The notes below the pieces were generated by a model. That model was not told the DNA's origin. It saw nothing but the letters and a program-made list of their open reading frames with translations, and did no database searches. From Nitrosopumilus sp. (GTDB lineage Archaea; Thermoproteota; Nitrososphaeria; Nitrososphaerales; Nitrosopumilaceae), in assembly GCA_965249555.1 (NCBI GenBank), contig OZ252243.1, positions 320,001 through 384,000 on the forward strand: a stretch of 64,000 nt of DNA, given 5' to 3'. Position numbers and translations under genes: made by a program. Shown here one piece after another: positions 1 through 10,317 of the stretch (the first letter of the stretch is position 1; every line of letters starts with the position of its first letter).

Positions 1-106
1 GCTACTATTTTTATAGTAAAAGTAGTTCTTCCTTAATTTAATAAAATTATGATGTATTGGATGATCTTTTAATAGAATAAAGCCGTATCATACAACAGAT
101 ATTCCC

Positions 107-343
107 ATGTTAGAAAAACAATTCAGCCCAGATTTACTATACAATAGAATTGTTCATTTCTATATTGACAAAAAAGGATATTCAAAGGACCAGGCAAATT
201 CAATTGCCCAAAAAGTTGTTCAGAAAGAAGCACAAAGAAGAATATGCAAAAATGAAAAATGCAAACATTTCTCTCATGATCATATTAGAAACGCAGAAAC
301 ATGTCTAGTTGCAGATTGTGAATGTATTGAATTTACGAAGTAA
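107..343 (+). CDS. Small hypothetical protein with C-terminal Cys/His cluster
   Basis: 78-aa ORF with C-x4-C-x-H and C-x4-C-x-C motifs; TTTAATA TATA-like box upstream. Confidence 0.7.
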   Translation: MLEKQFSPDLLYNRIVHFYIDKKGYSKDQANSIAQKVVQKEAQRRICKNEKCKHFSHDHIRNAETCLVADCECIEFTK

Positions 344-1331
344 AATCATCTAAAGAGTTTTCAAGTAATGGTTGTGCTTTAATTCCTATTTTTTGTAAAT
401 GTTCTGCAAACTCATCAACAAAACCATGTATCGTGTAAACTTGTTCAGCTCCTGATTGTACCACCATATCTACAAGCTCATTAAAATCACAATGATCACT
501 CATAGGAATTGAGTAGTCAGTTCGTCGTCCAAAAGAGAATCGAGAAGATTGCGCCCATCCACTAAATCCTATTGTTACTGCGCCATATTTTGATTTCATA
601 TCCTGAATGAATTTATTTTTGCTTGACATCATTGGCGCAACCATCACCCAAGGTTTTCGATCCAATAGACCATTTTTTTCAGCCTCAGAATGACCAATTC
701 CATCCTTTAGAGGAATTCCTAATTTTTGATGAAGTGAGTTCATCTCTTTTACAGAATCATGAAAATAAAGCGGATCCCAATGACCAAAGAGTTGAGTAAT
801 GGTTTGTGCTTTACCTAATTGATACCCCATTAAAATTACAGGAATGCCTTTTCCATAAAGTTCAGAAATCAGCTCATTTACTCGTTTTTGTATTTCATTG
901 GTTTTGGGAAAAACAAATTCTGGCAAGCCAAATGTACATTCAGTTATCAGGATTTTGCATTTTGGAATTTTTGCACCTTGAAGAAACCCACGTTTTCTAG
1001 TACAGATATCTCCAGTATAGAAAATATCATCAAAAAGTAGTCCTTTTGCACCAAGAATATGACCACTGTCAATTAAAGAAAAATCATCAAGGGATTCAAT
1101 ATGACTTTTCATCTCAAATCCACGAAGACTAGCTATTTTGTTTGTCTCAAGTGAAGATAAAATAATTCCACCATTTTTTGAGGGAAGATGATCAGAGTGG
1201 GCATGAGAGACAAAGTTGATTCCCGTAGAATCAGTATTTTTTGGATCCAAGTAAACGCGTTTATCATTAGCCACACACAGGATTCCATTTTTACTCATCC
1301 CGACTTGTCTTGGCAATGAAGGTGAAGACAA
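333..1331 (-). CDS. MBL-fold metallo-hydrolase, beta-CASP/RMMBL exonuclease-like
   Basis: SHAHSDH, SGHILG, YTGD, ECTFG, SDHCD and IHG motifs. Confidence 0.85.
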   Translation of the reverse strand: MSSPSLPRQVGMSKNGILCVANDKRVYLDPKNTDSTGINFVSHAHSDHLPSKNGGIILSSLETNKIASLRGFEMKSHIESLDDFSLIDSGHILGAKGLLFDDIFYTGDICTRKRGFLQGAKIPKCKILITECTFGLPEFVFPKTNEIQKRVNELISELYGKGIPVILMGYQLGKAQTITQLFGHWDPLYFHDSVKEMNSLHQKLGIPLKDGIGHSEAEKNGLLDRKPWVMVAPMMSSKNKFIQDMKSKYGAVTIGFSGWAQSSRFSFGRRTDYSIPMSDHCDFNELVDMVVQSGAEQVYTIHGFVDEFAEHLQKIGIKAQPLLENSLDDFTS

Positions 1332-1374
1332 TTGGATTTGATATAAATTGCAGGTTTGATCTAATATTGACTAG

Positions 1375-1992
1375 TTGCCAAATCTAGGAATTTTAATCTC
1401 AGGTCGTGGAAGCAACATGGAGTCTATTCTAAAGTCAATTAAGAGAGAGAAAATTCCAATTAATCCAGCAGTGGTGATTTCAAACAATCCTAATGCAAAG
1501 GGATTGAAAGTAGCAGAAAAGTTAGGAGTTAACGTAGAAGTTGTGGATAGTAAGGGCTTCAAGGGAAGTAGGGAACAATATGACAAAAAAGTAATCGCAG
1601 CTCTAACAAAACATGGAGTTACCCCTAGAAATGGCCTTGTATGTCTTGCAGGATTTATGAGAATCATCAGTCCAGAATTTGTAAAAAAATATAAAAACAG
1701 GATCATCAATATTCATCCAGCATTATTACCAGCATTTCCAGGATTGGATTCTCAAAAACAAGCATTAGAACATGGTGCAAAATATTCAGGGTGCACAGTA
1801 CATTTTGTAGATACAGGAATGGATGCAGGTCCCATAATTATTCAAGCAGTAGTCAAAGTAAGAGAAAGAGATACTGAAGAGTCATTATCAAAAAGAATTC
1901 TAAAAGAAGAGCACAGAATTTATCCTGAAGCAGTTAATTTGTTTGCTAGAAAAAAGATTAGAATCTCTGGAAGAAAAGCAATTATCAGCTAG
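1375..1992 (+). CDS. purN: Phosphoribosylglycinamide formyltransferase
   Basis: ISGRGSN, LAGFMRII, NIHPALLP, GCTVHFV-D-G-D-GPII. Confidence 0.97.
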   Translation: MPNLGILISGRGSNMESILKSIKREKIPINPAVVISNNPNAKGLKVAEKLGVNVEVVDSKGFKGSREQYDKKVIAALTKHGVTPRNGLVCLAGFMRIISPEFVKKYKNRIINIHPALLPAFPGLDSQKQALEHGAKYSGCTVHFVDTGMDAGPIIIQAVVKVRERDTEESLSKRILKEEHRIYPEAVNLFARKKIRISGRKAIIS

Positions 1993-2333
1993 GTATCAGG
2001 CCCACCAAAAAAATACAAAACTTTGAGTTCTTTTTTGTTTCCATGAAAATGATGCTCAACATCCTTTGCTACAAAAAATACTTTGTCTTTTGAAACTTTG
2101 TAATCTTTTTCTTTAATTTTCAAAAAACCATCACCAGAAATTACATAGTATACCTCATCTGTGTCATGGGGTGTTTGGGTATCTTCTTCTCCAGGCTTTA
2201 GAACCAAGACTCCAACAGCTAAACTTGATTTATTGATAAAAGTATGAAAATATATACTACTTTTTTTGATTTTGTCAATTGAATTATTAATATCAAAATC
2301 AAGTTTCATTAGTGTACAACCAATGAAATTCAA
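1989..2333 (-). CDS. Cupin domain protein
   Basis: PH-x2-DEVYYVISG and VEHHF cupin motifs. Confidence 0.85.
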   Translation of the reverse strand: MNFIGCTLMKLDFDINNSIDKIKKSSIYFHTFINKSSLAVGVLVLKPGEEDTQTPHDTDEVYYVISGDGFLKIKEKDYKVSKDKVFFVAKDVEHHFHGNKKELKVLYFFGGPDT

Positions 2334-2364
2334 GTATTAAATATCTACTAATCAAAAACAGATT

Positions 2365-3234
2365 ATGGCAGGTACCAAAATTGATGGAAAAGTTATTGCC
2401 CAATCAGTTAAAGATAGAGTCAAAAAAGCAGTTGAAGAGCTAAAGTCTCAAGGAATCAATCCATGCCTAGCCACAATTCTAGTAGGAGACAATCCAGCAT
2501 CAGATACCTATGTTAGAAACAAGCATACATCTTGTGATGAGACAGGAATTATTACCAAAGATCATAAACTTGATGTAAATATTTCACAAAGACAACTTGA
2601 TGAAATTATTGAAAATTTAAACAACGATAGTTCGGTTCATGGAATTCTAGTCCAGCTTCCATTACCTGAACAATTAGATGAGTTTGCCACCACATCAAGA
2701 ATCTCACCACTAAAAGATGTGGATGGTTTAACGCCACACAACACAGGATTGCTTGCAATGAAAAAAGCTGCACTAGTTGCATGTACTCCATCAGGAATAA
2801 TGGAGATGTTTGATTATCATGGAATTGATTTGGACGGAAAAAATATTGTATTAATTAATAGAAGTAATCTTGTTGGAAAGCCACTATATCATTTATTATT
2901 AGAAAAAAATGCAACTGTAGTTACATGTCATTCTAGAACCAAAAACCTGACAGAGCTTTGCCAAGCTGCAGATATTATTATTACTGCAGTAGGGAATAGA
3001 AACAAGTTCACCCTAACACCTGAGATGATTAAAGAGGGTGCAATTGTAATTGATGTTGCAATTTCAAGATTCCAAGAAAAACTAGTAGGTGATTCAGACT
3101 TTGATGAAATTATCCAGAAAGCATCTTTTGCAACACCGGTTCCAGGAGGGGTTGGTCCAATGACTGTCGCCATGCTATTAAAAAATACAATTACCGCAGC
3201 ATCTTTGAGTAGTCAAATTGGAAGACAGTGCTGA
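2365..3234 (+). CDS. folD: Methylenetetrahydrofolate dehydrogenase/cyclohydrolase
   Basis: GILVQLPLP, KDVDG, CTPSG, TPVPGGVGPMT. Confidence 0.97.
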   Translation: MAGTKIDGKVIAQSVKDRVKKAVEELKSQGINPCLATILVGDNPASDTYVRNKHTSCDETGIITKDHKLDVNISQRQLDEIIENLNNDSSVHGILVQLPLPEQLDEFATTSRISPLKDVDGLTPHNTGLLAMKKAALVACTPSGIMEMFDYHGIDLDGKNIVLINRSNLVGKPLYHLLLEKNATVVTCHSRTKNLTELCQAADIIITAVGNRNKFTLTPEMIKEGAIVIDVAISRFQEKLVGDSDFDEIIQKASFATPVPGGVGPMTVAMLLKNTITAASLSSQIGRQC

Positions 3235-3781
3235 AAGAAAATCACTTAGAAGTCATCTTTTAGAAAAAAGAGACAACACGTCTTTTGATTTTATGAAGAT
3301 TGCAAGTGAAAAGATACAAAAGAGATTAAAAAAAATTAATGCATTCAGAGATGCTCAAAAGATTGGAGTGTATTATCCAATTGGAAGTGAAATTCTAACA
3401 CAGGACATTATTCAAGAATTACTCAGTAATGGGAAAGACGTGTTTTTGCCAAAAGTAGTGGGGGAAAAAATGGAATTTAGAAAAATTGTTGGTTTTTCAA
3501 GCCTAGAAAAAGGCAGTTTTGATATTATGGAGCCCAAAGATGACTGCCAAACAGATAATGATCTTGATGTAGTTTTAGTTCCAACTGTAGGCATATCAGA
3601 AATTGGAGTCAGGTTAGGATACGGTCACGGGTTTTATGATAGATATCTTGCAGAATACAATACTGTAACAATATCATTAACTTTGGAAAAACAGATTGTA
3701 AAAAACATTCCAAAATCAGAACATGACATTGTGATTAATTGGATAGTAACTGAAGACCGAATTTTAAATACTTGGAGATAA
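3218..3781 (+). CDS. 5-formyltetrahydrofolate cyclo-ligase
   Basis: RLGYGHGFYDR motif; HD near C-terminus. Confidence 0.93.
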   Translation: MEDSAERKSLRSHLLEKRDNTSFDFMKIASEKIQKRLKKINAFRDAQKIGVYYPIGSEILTQDIIQELLSNGKDVFLPKVVGEKMEFRKIVGFSSLEKGSFDIMEPKDDCQTDNDLDVVLVPTVGISEIGVRLGYGHGFYDRYLAEYNTVTISLTLEKQIVKNIPKSEHDIVINWIVTEDRILNTWR

Positions 3782-4808
3782 GTTAGGCCTTTTTGACCAA
3801 TATCTTTTCTACAATATTTGTGAGACCATGAAATTTTTTCAGCTGCTGCATATGCATTTGTAATTGCAGAATCCAAAGAGTCACCTAATGCTGTAACTCC
3901 CAAAACACGAATCCCCCATTTGAGAGGATTTTTTCATCAATCTTTTTTGTTCCAGCATGAAAAACATATGCTTCATCAGAAAGAGTCAAACCAGGAGATC
4001 TCTTCGTTTGTTGGATAGGATTCGGGATATCCCTTGGATGCTAAAACAACACACACTGCAGATTGATTTTTACAAGAGGTTGAAGGCATTGATGATAATT
4101 TTCCATCAACGCTTGCAACAAAATAATCATACAAGTCAAAGTTCATTCTCATAGTAATTGGCTGACATTCAGGATCACCCTTGACTTGTTGCCATAGGAA
4201 TGGCAATCTCACCATCAGAAAGTGCAATGTATGAAGCCTCAATCCCATCTATTCTTTCTTCAATGATGATGCGATTTCCAGCATCGCCAAATGTCTTTTT
4301 GACTAGAATTGTCTGAATTGCAGAAAATGCTTCATCGTTACTGTTGCAAACAATAACACCCTTTCCTGCAGCAAGACCATCAGCCTTCACTGCAACATTG
4401 TAATCAAGTGATAAAACATAGTCTTTAGCTTTTTGAGCATCATCAAATATTTCAAATTGTGCTGAAGGGATATCATTTCGTTTCATGAAATTCTTAGCCC
4501 AAATCTTACTTGATTCAAGCTGTGCGGCTTGCTGAGAGGGACCAAAAACTTTGAGATTGAGTTGGTTAAATTTATCAACAATTCCTGCAGCCAAAGGAGC
4601 CTACAGGTTCAACTACAGTAAAGCAATTATTTTTTTGAGCAAAATCAGATAATCCATCTAAATCATCCACGCTTATTGGAACATTATTTTCAGTGCCACC
4701 ATTTCCAGGAGCAGTAAAAACAGTATCAACTTTAGGGCTTTGAGATAGTTTCCATGACAATGCATGTTCTTGCCCACCAGAACCAACTACCAGAACATTT
4801 ACCAACAA
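3773..4808 (-). pseudogene. purD: Phosphoribosylamine-glycine ligase, frameshifted and internally deleted
   Basis: PurD motifs spread over several frames (VVGSGGQEHAL, LESSKIWAK, KADGLAAGKGV, GDPECQP, GYPESY, VFHAGT, NGG/RVLGVTA). ATSQ joins directly to GDPE at ~4180, so the DHKR..GPNTGGMG segment is missing. Confidence 0.9.
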
Positions 4809-4891
4809 AAATTATCCTTTACCCAATTATATATTCCAAGTCTCAGAAAACCAATTTAGCTTTATAATGTCACCTACATATCAAAATCCAG

Positions 4892-7800
4892 ATGGAATTT
4901 TCTGCAAAGTTTGATGCAAAAGCAATAGAATCTCAAATAAAAGAATACATCAAATCAATTGATTTAGAAAAACAGATTTTTTCATCGGACAAGCCGGAGA
5001 AAATTAGATTCATCGAAGGGCCGCCAACAATGAATGGAATTCCACATGCAGGACATCTAAGAGGCAGAGTCATCAAAGATTTGTGGTATCGATTCAACAC
5101 ATTGCAAGGGAAGAAAATTGAATTCAATGGAGGATGGGATACACAAGGACTTCCAGTGGAATTACAGGTTGAAAAAGAGTTAGGAGTTACAGGTGGAAAG
5201 ACTGAGGCCATAAAACAATTTGGAATTGAGAGAATTGTATCTGAATGCAAAAAAGTAGTAGGAAAATATAACAAGGCATGGATAGAAGTTGATGACTTAC
5301 TTGGCATGTCATTTAATCATGACAAAGCATACTGGACTTTTAGAGATGAATTTATTGAAAGAGAATGGCAAGTGCTAAAAAAAGCATATGAAAATGGAAT
5401 TTTAGAAGAAGACTTTACAGTAATTGCATATTGTCCAAGTTGCCAAACATCACTTAGCCATGCAGAAGTAAATCAAGGATATGAAGAAGTTAAAGACCCA
5501 TCACTATACTACAAAGTAAAACTAGTTGATGAAGATGCATTTTTGATAGTATGGACTACTATGCCATTTACTCTAATTACAGATGCAATGGTTGGTTTAC
5601 AACCAAAAGAAGATTATGTTTACGTCAAAGTAGAAAATGAGACATGGGTTGTTGGAAAGACAAGACTAGAAGAATTCATGACAGAGGTAAAGATGGATAA
5701 TTATAAAATTGAAAAAACTATCAAGGGTTCAGAATTTGAAGGAAAAAAATACATTCATCCATTGTTGAATTTAGTTCCAGAATTAAGTGAATGTGCAAAG
5801 CTAGACAATTATCATGTTGCAGTCTCTGAATCGTTTGTTGATGTTACTGCAGGAAGTGGATTAGTACATTTATCTCCTGCAAACGGAGAGGAAGATATCA
5901 AAATAGCAAACAAAAGAAATGTCAAAATTTTCAATCCTATTGATGACGAAGTAAAATTCACTTCCCAGGCAGGCAAATACAAAGGAATGTTTGTCAGAGA
6001 TGCAGATAGGACAATTGTAGAAGATCTAAAAGAATGTAATGCTCTTGTAAAGATTGGAAAAATAAAACACAAGTATCCCTTATGCTGGAGATCACACCAT
6101 CCAATTGTATGGCTTGCCAGAAGAGGTTGGTTTTACAAGCTAGATCGTCTTGAGAACAAAGCAATTGATGCTGCAGAAAGTGTAGAATACTTTTTTGAGC
6201 AACCAAAAAATAGATTCTTGGGAATTATCAAAGAAAGGCATCCATGGTGTATTTCGCGAGAAAGGATTTGGGGTTGTCCATTACCTGTTTGGAATTGCGA
6301 AGATTGCGGTGAAAAAAATTGGTTCTTTACAAGAAAAGAGATAGTTGATGCTGCAGATAACTTGCCGGATGGGCCAGACTTTGAATTACATAGACCATGG
6401 ATTGACAACATCACCGTAAAGTGCAAAAAATGCAGCAGCACCAAAACAAAGAGAGAAGAGTATGTTTTAGATACGTGGCACAATAGTGGCTCTGCACCAT
6501 ATTCATCATTAACTGATGAAGAATATTCAAAAGAAATTCCGGCACCGTTTTTCACGGAAGGAATTGATCAAACTAGAGGGTGGGCATATACTCTACTCAT
6601 TGAAAATGTTATTTTAAACAATTCTCCAACCCCTCCTTTCAAGTCATTTTTGTTTCAAGGACACGTCCTTGATGAAAAAGGAGGTAAAATGAGTAAGAGC
6701 AAAGGAAATGTGTTAGACGGAGCAGACTTGCTTCAGAAATACCCCGTAGATTTAGTACGGTTCTATTTCATGTGGAAGGCAAGCCCAATTGAGCCACTAA
6801 GTTTCAGCACTGATGAGTTAATGTCAAGACCATATCAGATAATCAACACACTATACAATCTGCATCTGTACTTTAAGCAAAATAGTGAATACGATAATTT
6901 TGAACAATCAAAGACAATTGAATGGGCAAAACAAAATGATTTGTTAACATCTCCAGATATTTGGCTCTTATCAAAACTTCAAAAATTGATCCGTGAAATT
7001 ACAGAAAGGAACCAAACATGCAAGTTCCATGAAGGTGCCAAAGCAATTGATGAATTTATCATAAATAATCTAAGCCAAGTATACATTCCAATTACCAGAG
7101 GAGAACTATGGGATGAGGATGAGAAAAAGAAGAACAGAAGGCTTGCAATCTATGCAGTACTAAGTAAAGTGCTCAAAACACTGGATATTTTGATTCATCC
7201 GTTTTGTCCATTTACTAGTGAGTATCTATACCAATCAGTATTTGATGGAAAACAAAGTATTCTACTTGACAAATGGCCTCAATACCAAGAACTACTTGTC
7301 AATGAGGAAGTTGAGGAATCATTTGATATTATGAAAGATGTTGTATCGATATCTTCTGCAGCAAGAATGAAAGGAAAACTAAAACGACGATGGCCACTAA
7401 ATGAAGCACAGATTTGTGTAGGAAAAGATCAGAAAAGTAAACTAGAGTCATTATCTGATTTGCTACGGTCCCAGTTAAACATAGAAAAATTCAGTATTGT
7501 TGAAACAGAAAAAGAATCAGGACTAGAACAAATTTTAGAATTAAAACAATTAGGATTACCTGTTAAAGCAGTTATCGAACTAGAAAGAAAAAAGATAGGG
7601 CCCAAGGCAAGACAACACATGGGAAAACTAGTTGCAACATTTGCAGAGACTAATCCTGAAGAGATAATTTCATTATTGCAAAAAGATGGGAAATATGATT
7701 TTGATATTGATGGCGAGATAATTTCATTGGATAATGAAGATTTTGTTGTAGATTTTGATGCAGATGAAAACTTTGCAGTAGCAAAAAGAGACAACTATGT

Positions 7801-8089
7801 CGTATTCATCTCAACAGCACGAAACAGGGAGATGACGGCAAAAGGATTAGTAAAGGATGTTGCAAGAAGACTCCAAACTCTAAGAAAAGAAAGAGGGTAC
7901 AATCCAACTGATGTTTTAGGTGTTGCATCAATTCTTGATTTGGATGAAGAATCACTTGAAATGATTAAAGAGAGGGCAGATGAATTGGCATTTTTGGTTA
8001 GAGTAAAGCAGGTAGATTTTACAGAATCCTGCAAAGAATACAAAGATGACGATATTGATGGACAAAAAATAAGAATATCAGTAGAATAG
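4892..8089 (+). CDS. ileS: Isoleucine--tRNA ligase
   Basis: GPP..HAGH, GWDTQGLP, WTTMPFTL, WCISRER, KMSKS. Confidence 0.97.
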   Translation: MEFSAKFDAKAIESQIKEYIKSIDLEKQIFSSDKPEKIRFIEGPPTMNGIPHAGHLRGRVIKDLWYRFNTLQGKKIEFNGGWDTQGLPVELQVEKELGVTGGKTEAIKQFGIERIVSECKKVVGKYNKAWIEVDDLLGMSFNHDKAYWTFRDEFIEREWQVLKKAYENGILEEDFTVIAYCPSCQTSLSHAEVNQGYEEVKDPSLYYKVKLVDEDAFLIVWTTMPFTLITDAMVGLQPKEDYVYVKVENETWVVGKTRLEEFMTEVKMDNYKIEKTIKGSEFEGKKYIHPLLNLVPELSECAKLDNYHVAVSESFVDVTAGSGLVHLSPANGEEDIKIANKRNVKIFNPIDDEVKFTSQAGKYKGMFVRDADRTIVEDLKECNALVKIGKIKHKYPLCWRSHHPIVWLARRGWFYKLDRLENKAIDAAESVEYFFEQPKNRFLGIIKERHPWCISRERIWGCPLPVWNCEDCGEKNWFFTRKEIVDAADNLPDGPDFELHRPWIDNITVKCKKCSSTKTKREEYVLDTWHNSGSAPYSSLTDEEYSKEIPAPFFTEGIDQTRGWAYTLLIENVILNNSPTPPFKSFLFQGHVLDEKGGKMSKSKGNVLDGADLLQKYPVDLVRFYFMWKASPIEPLSFSTDELMSRPYQIINTLYNLHLYFKQNSEYDNFEQSKTIEWAKQNDLLTSPDIWLLSKLQKLIREITERNQTCKFHEGAKAIDEFIINNLSQVYIPITRGELWDEDEKKKNRRLAIYAVLSKVLKTLDILIHPFCPFTSEYLYQSVFDGKQSILLDKWPQYQELLVNEEVEESFDIMKDVVSISSAARMKGKLKRRWPLNEAQICVGKDQKSKLESLSDLLRSQLNIEKFSIVETEKESGLEQILELKQLGLPVKAVIELERKKIGPKARQHMGKLVATFAETNPEEIISLLQKDGKYDFDIDGEIISLDNEDFVVDFDADENFAVAKRDNYVVFISTARNREMTAKGLVKDVARRLQTLRKERGYNPTDVLGVASILDLDEESLEMIKERADELAFLVRVKQVDFTESCKEYKDDDIDGQKIRISVE

Positions 8090-8141
8090 ATTTTGAGAAT
8101 TAATGTAATACTTTTATTAGAATCATAAATTTCATAAGGAA

Positions 8142-8729
8142 ATGTCTAAATCAGAAACCCCAAATGTTGTTGGAATTAACGTTCTAAAACAAAATGGCCT
8201 TGATGTGGATGAGTTGTTAAAAGAATTAATCAAAAATGCTGCAGTTGAATTTACGGCATACTACTACTTTACCAATCTCAGAGCACATTGTACAGGCATG
8301 GAAGGAGAAGGACTCAAAGGAATCATCGAGGATGCAAGATTAGAAGATCTTAGCCACTTTGAAGCATGTCTTGAGAGAATCTATCAATTAGGAGGTACTC
8401 TTCCAAATGATGCAAATGAATTCATCAAGATGTCAGGTTGTGAATTTTTACAGCTTCCAGCAAATCCAACAGATCATAAAGAGATCCTGGAAAAATGTCT
8501 CAAAGCAGAACAGGGTGCACTAGTCAACTGGAATAAAATTTGCCAGATGACATTAGGAAAAGATCCTACAACATATGACATTGCAAAAGATATCCTAGCA
8601 GAAGAGATTGAACACGAGTCATGGTTCCTAGAACTAATCTATGGAAGACCATCAGGACACATGAGAAGAAAGTATGCCGGTGAAAGACCACACACCAGAA
8701 AACACTCTAGAGCACTAGATATGGCATGA
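8142..8729 (+). CDS. DPS-like (DPSL) ferritin-family protein
   Basis: EFTAYYY, EDARLED..HFE, EEIEHE di-iron motifs; SGC...C pair. Confidence 0.9.
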   Translation: MSKSETPNVVGINVLKQNGLDVDELLKELIKNAAVEFTAYYYFTNLRAHCTGMEGEGLKGIIEDARLEDLSHFEACLERIYQLGGTLPNDANEFIKMSGCEFLQLPANPTDHKEILEKCLKAEQGALVNWNKICQMTLGKDPTTYDIAKDILAEEIEHESWFLELIYGRPSGHMRRKYAGERPHTRKHSRALDMA

Positions 8730-8840
8730 ATATCAAATCATTTTCTTTATTTTAGATTCATCAAGGTTACTTTATTGACGACAAATAGTGAACATGCGTT
8801 GTTTTATCACGGTTAAATAGAAAAATCACGTATTAAGAAT

Positions 8841-9170
8841 ATGGTAAAGCAGATTAGTCTTGATGCTTGGCAAATTCAACAGTTATCAGATCTGTTAGAA
8901 AAAGGTTCAAGTATTGTTGCAAAGACTAACAAGCCAATTATTCTGTATAGACAGACACTAGAAGAAGAGGATGAATCATATGAAGAAATTGTATGCACCC
9001 TTACCAAAGGATATGTCATTGAGCAGATGGTGACATCAGGAGGAATTTTGGTGCCAAGCTTTCATCAACAGTTTGTATTTACAATTGAAGAGTATCCTCA
9101 AGAATTATTGAGAAAAAGTAAGGATCGTTTTTTGGAGATGATTGATTTCCTTGAAGAACAACTAAGATAA
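8841..9170 (+). CDS. Hypothetical protein
   Basis: 109-aa ORF with TTAAATA box upstream. Confidence 0.7.
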   Translation: MVKQISLDAWQIQQLSDLLEKGSSIVAKTNKPIILYRQTLEEEDESYEEIVCTLTKGYVIEQMVTSGGILVPSFHQQFVFTIEEYPQELLRKSKDRFLEMIDFLEEQLR

Positions 9171-9210
9171 CATCATAATTAATAAGGATCGTAAAGTCCA
9201 GAATTTTTGC

Positions 9211-10317
9211 ATGCAGTTATTAGAGTTTCAAGCAAAGGAGTTATTTCGAGAATATGGGATTAATCTCCTTGATAGCAAATCATCAACCAACATAGAAGAA
9301 GGAAGAAAGCATGCAAAAGAATTAGGATATCCATTTGTGATTAAAATTCAGGTCCCTGTAGGAGGGCGAGGAAAGGCAGGAGGCATCCAAATGTGTCATA
9401 ATGATGATGAATTTGAGCTAAAGTATCCTCAAGTTATGGACTTGACAATCAAGGGAGAAAAAGCAAGAGCAATTTTGTTAGAAAAGATGGCAGACATTAA
9501 AAAAGAATTATACTTGTCAATATTTTTGAATCGCTCTAAAAGATGCTATACAATTATCGCATCAGCAGAAGGAGGTGTTGAAATTGAATCAGTAAAAAAT
9601 CAAATCATCAGAGAAGTTGGAATGGGTGATGTTTCAGATGAGATTGCAAGTGATGTTGCAAAAGAGATGGGATTGGTTGGAAAAACAGCAGATGGATTGG
9701 TTGATACTTTGAAAAAATTATCAAAACTTACAATTGAAAAAGAAGCAGAGCTTGTAGAGATCAATCCACTTGCAATCATGCAAGACGATTCTATAATTGC
9801 ACTTGATGGTAAATTTGTCACAGATGACAATAGTAATTTCAGACATGATGAATTACAAAAGTACCAAGAAAAATCAGCAATAGAAGAGAGCGCAGAAAAA
9901 AGTGGATTCTCACTAGTTGAGTTGGATGGAAACATTGCAGTTGTTGGAAACGGTGCAGGACTTGTAATGTCTACACTTGATATGTTATCAGACAATGGAG
10001 GAAAACCTGCATGTTTCTTAGATGTAGGTGGCGGTGCAACTACAGAATCAGTTTATGAAGCATTGACTTTGATTAGTAAAATTAGCAGAGTAAAAGGAAT
10101 TTTAGTAAATCTTTATGGAGGAATTGTAAAAACAACAGTAGTAGCTGAAGCATTTCTAAAAGCATATGAAAATAATTTGATTGACTTGCCAGTATTTTCA
10201 AGACTGAAAGGTACTGAATCAGAAAAAGCAAAAGAGATGCTCAAAGACTCTAGAACTAATATTTATGATTCAATTGAAGAGGCAATTAATGCTGCAGTAA
10301 TGGGAATAAAAAATTGA
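9211..10317 (+). CDS. sucC: Succinyl-CoA synthetase beta subunit
   Basis: GGRGKAGG, EINPL, GNGAGL, FLDVGGGA. Confidence 0.93.
   Translation: MQLLEFQAKELFREYGINLLDSKSSTNIEEGRKHAKELGYPFVIKIQVPVGGRGKAGGIQMCHNDDEFELKYPQVMDLTIKGEKARAILLEKMADIKKELYLSIFLNRSKRCYTIIASAEGGVEIESVKNQIIREVGMGDVSDEIASDVAKEMGLVGKTADGLVDTLKKLSKLTIEKEAELVEINPLAIMQDDSIIALDGKFVTDDNSNFRHDELQKYQEKSAIEESAEKSGFSLVELDGNIAVVGNGAGLVMSTLDMLSDNGGKPACFLDVGGGATTESVYEALTLISKISRVKGILVNLYGGIVKTTVVAEAFLKAYENNLIDLPVFSRLKGTESEKAKEMLKDSRTNIYDSIEEAINAAVMGIKN

Noticed and set aside
3634-3903. 89-aa minus-strand ORF as an independent gene
   Set aside because: It is the PurD C-terminal fragment reading on into the antisense of the cyclo-ligase gene
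4933-8043. Antisense ORFs within ileS, and similar ones within sucCD, pepF, cdc48 and hppA
   Set aside because: Shadow frames of well-supported genes; no motifs
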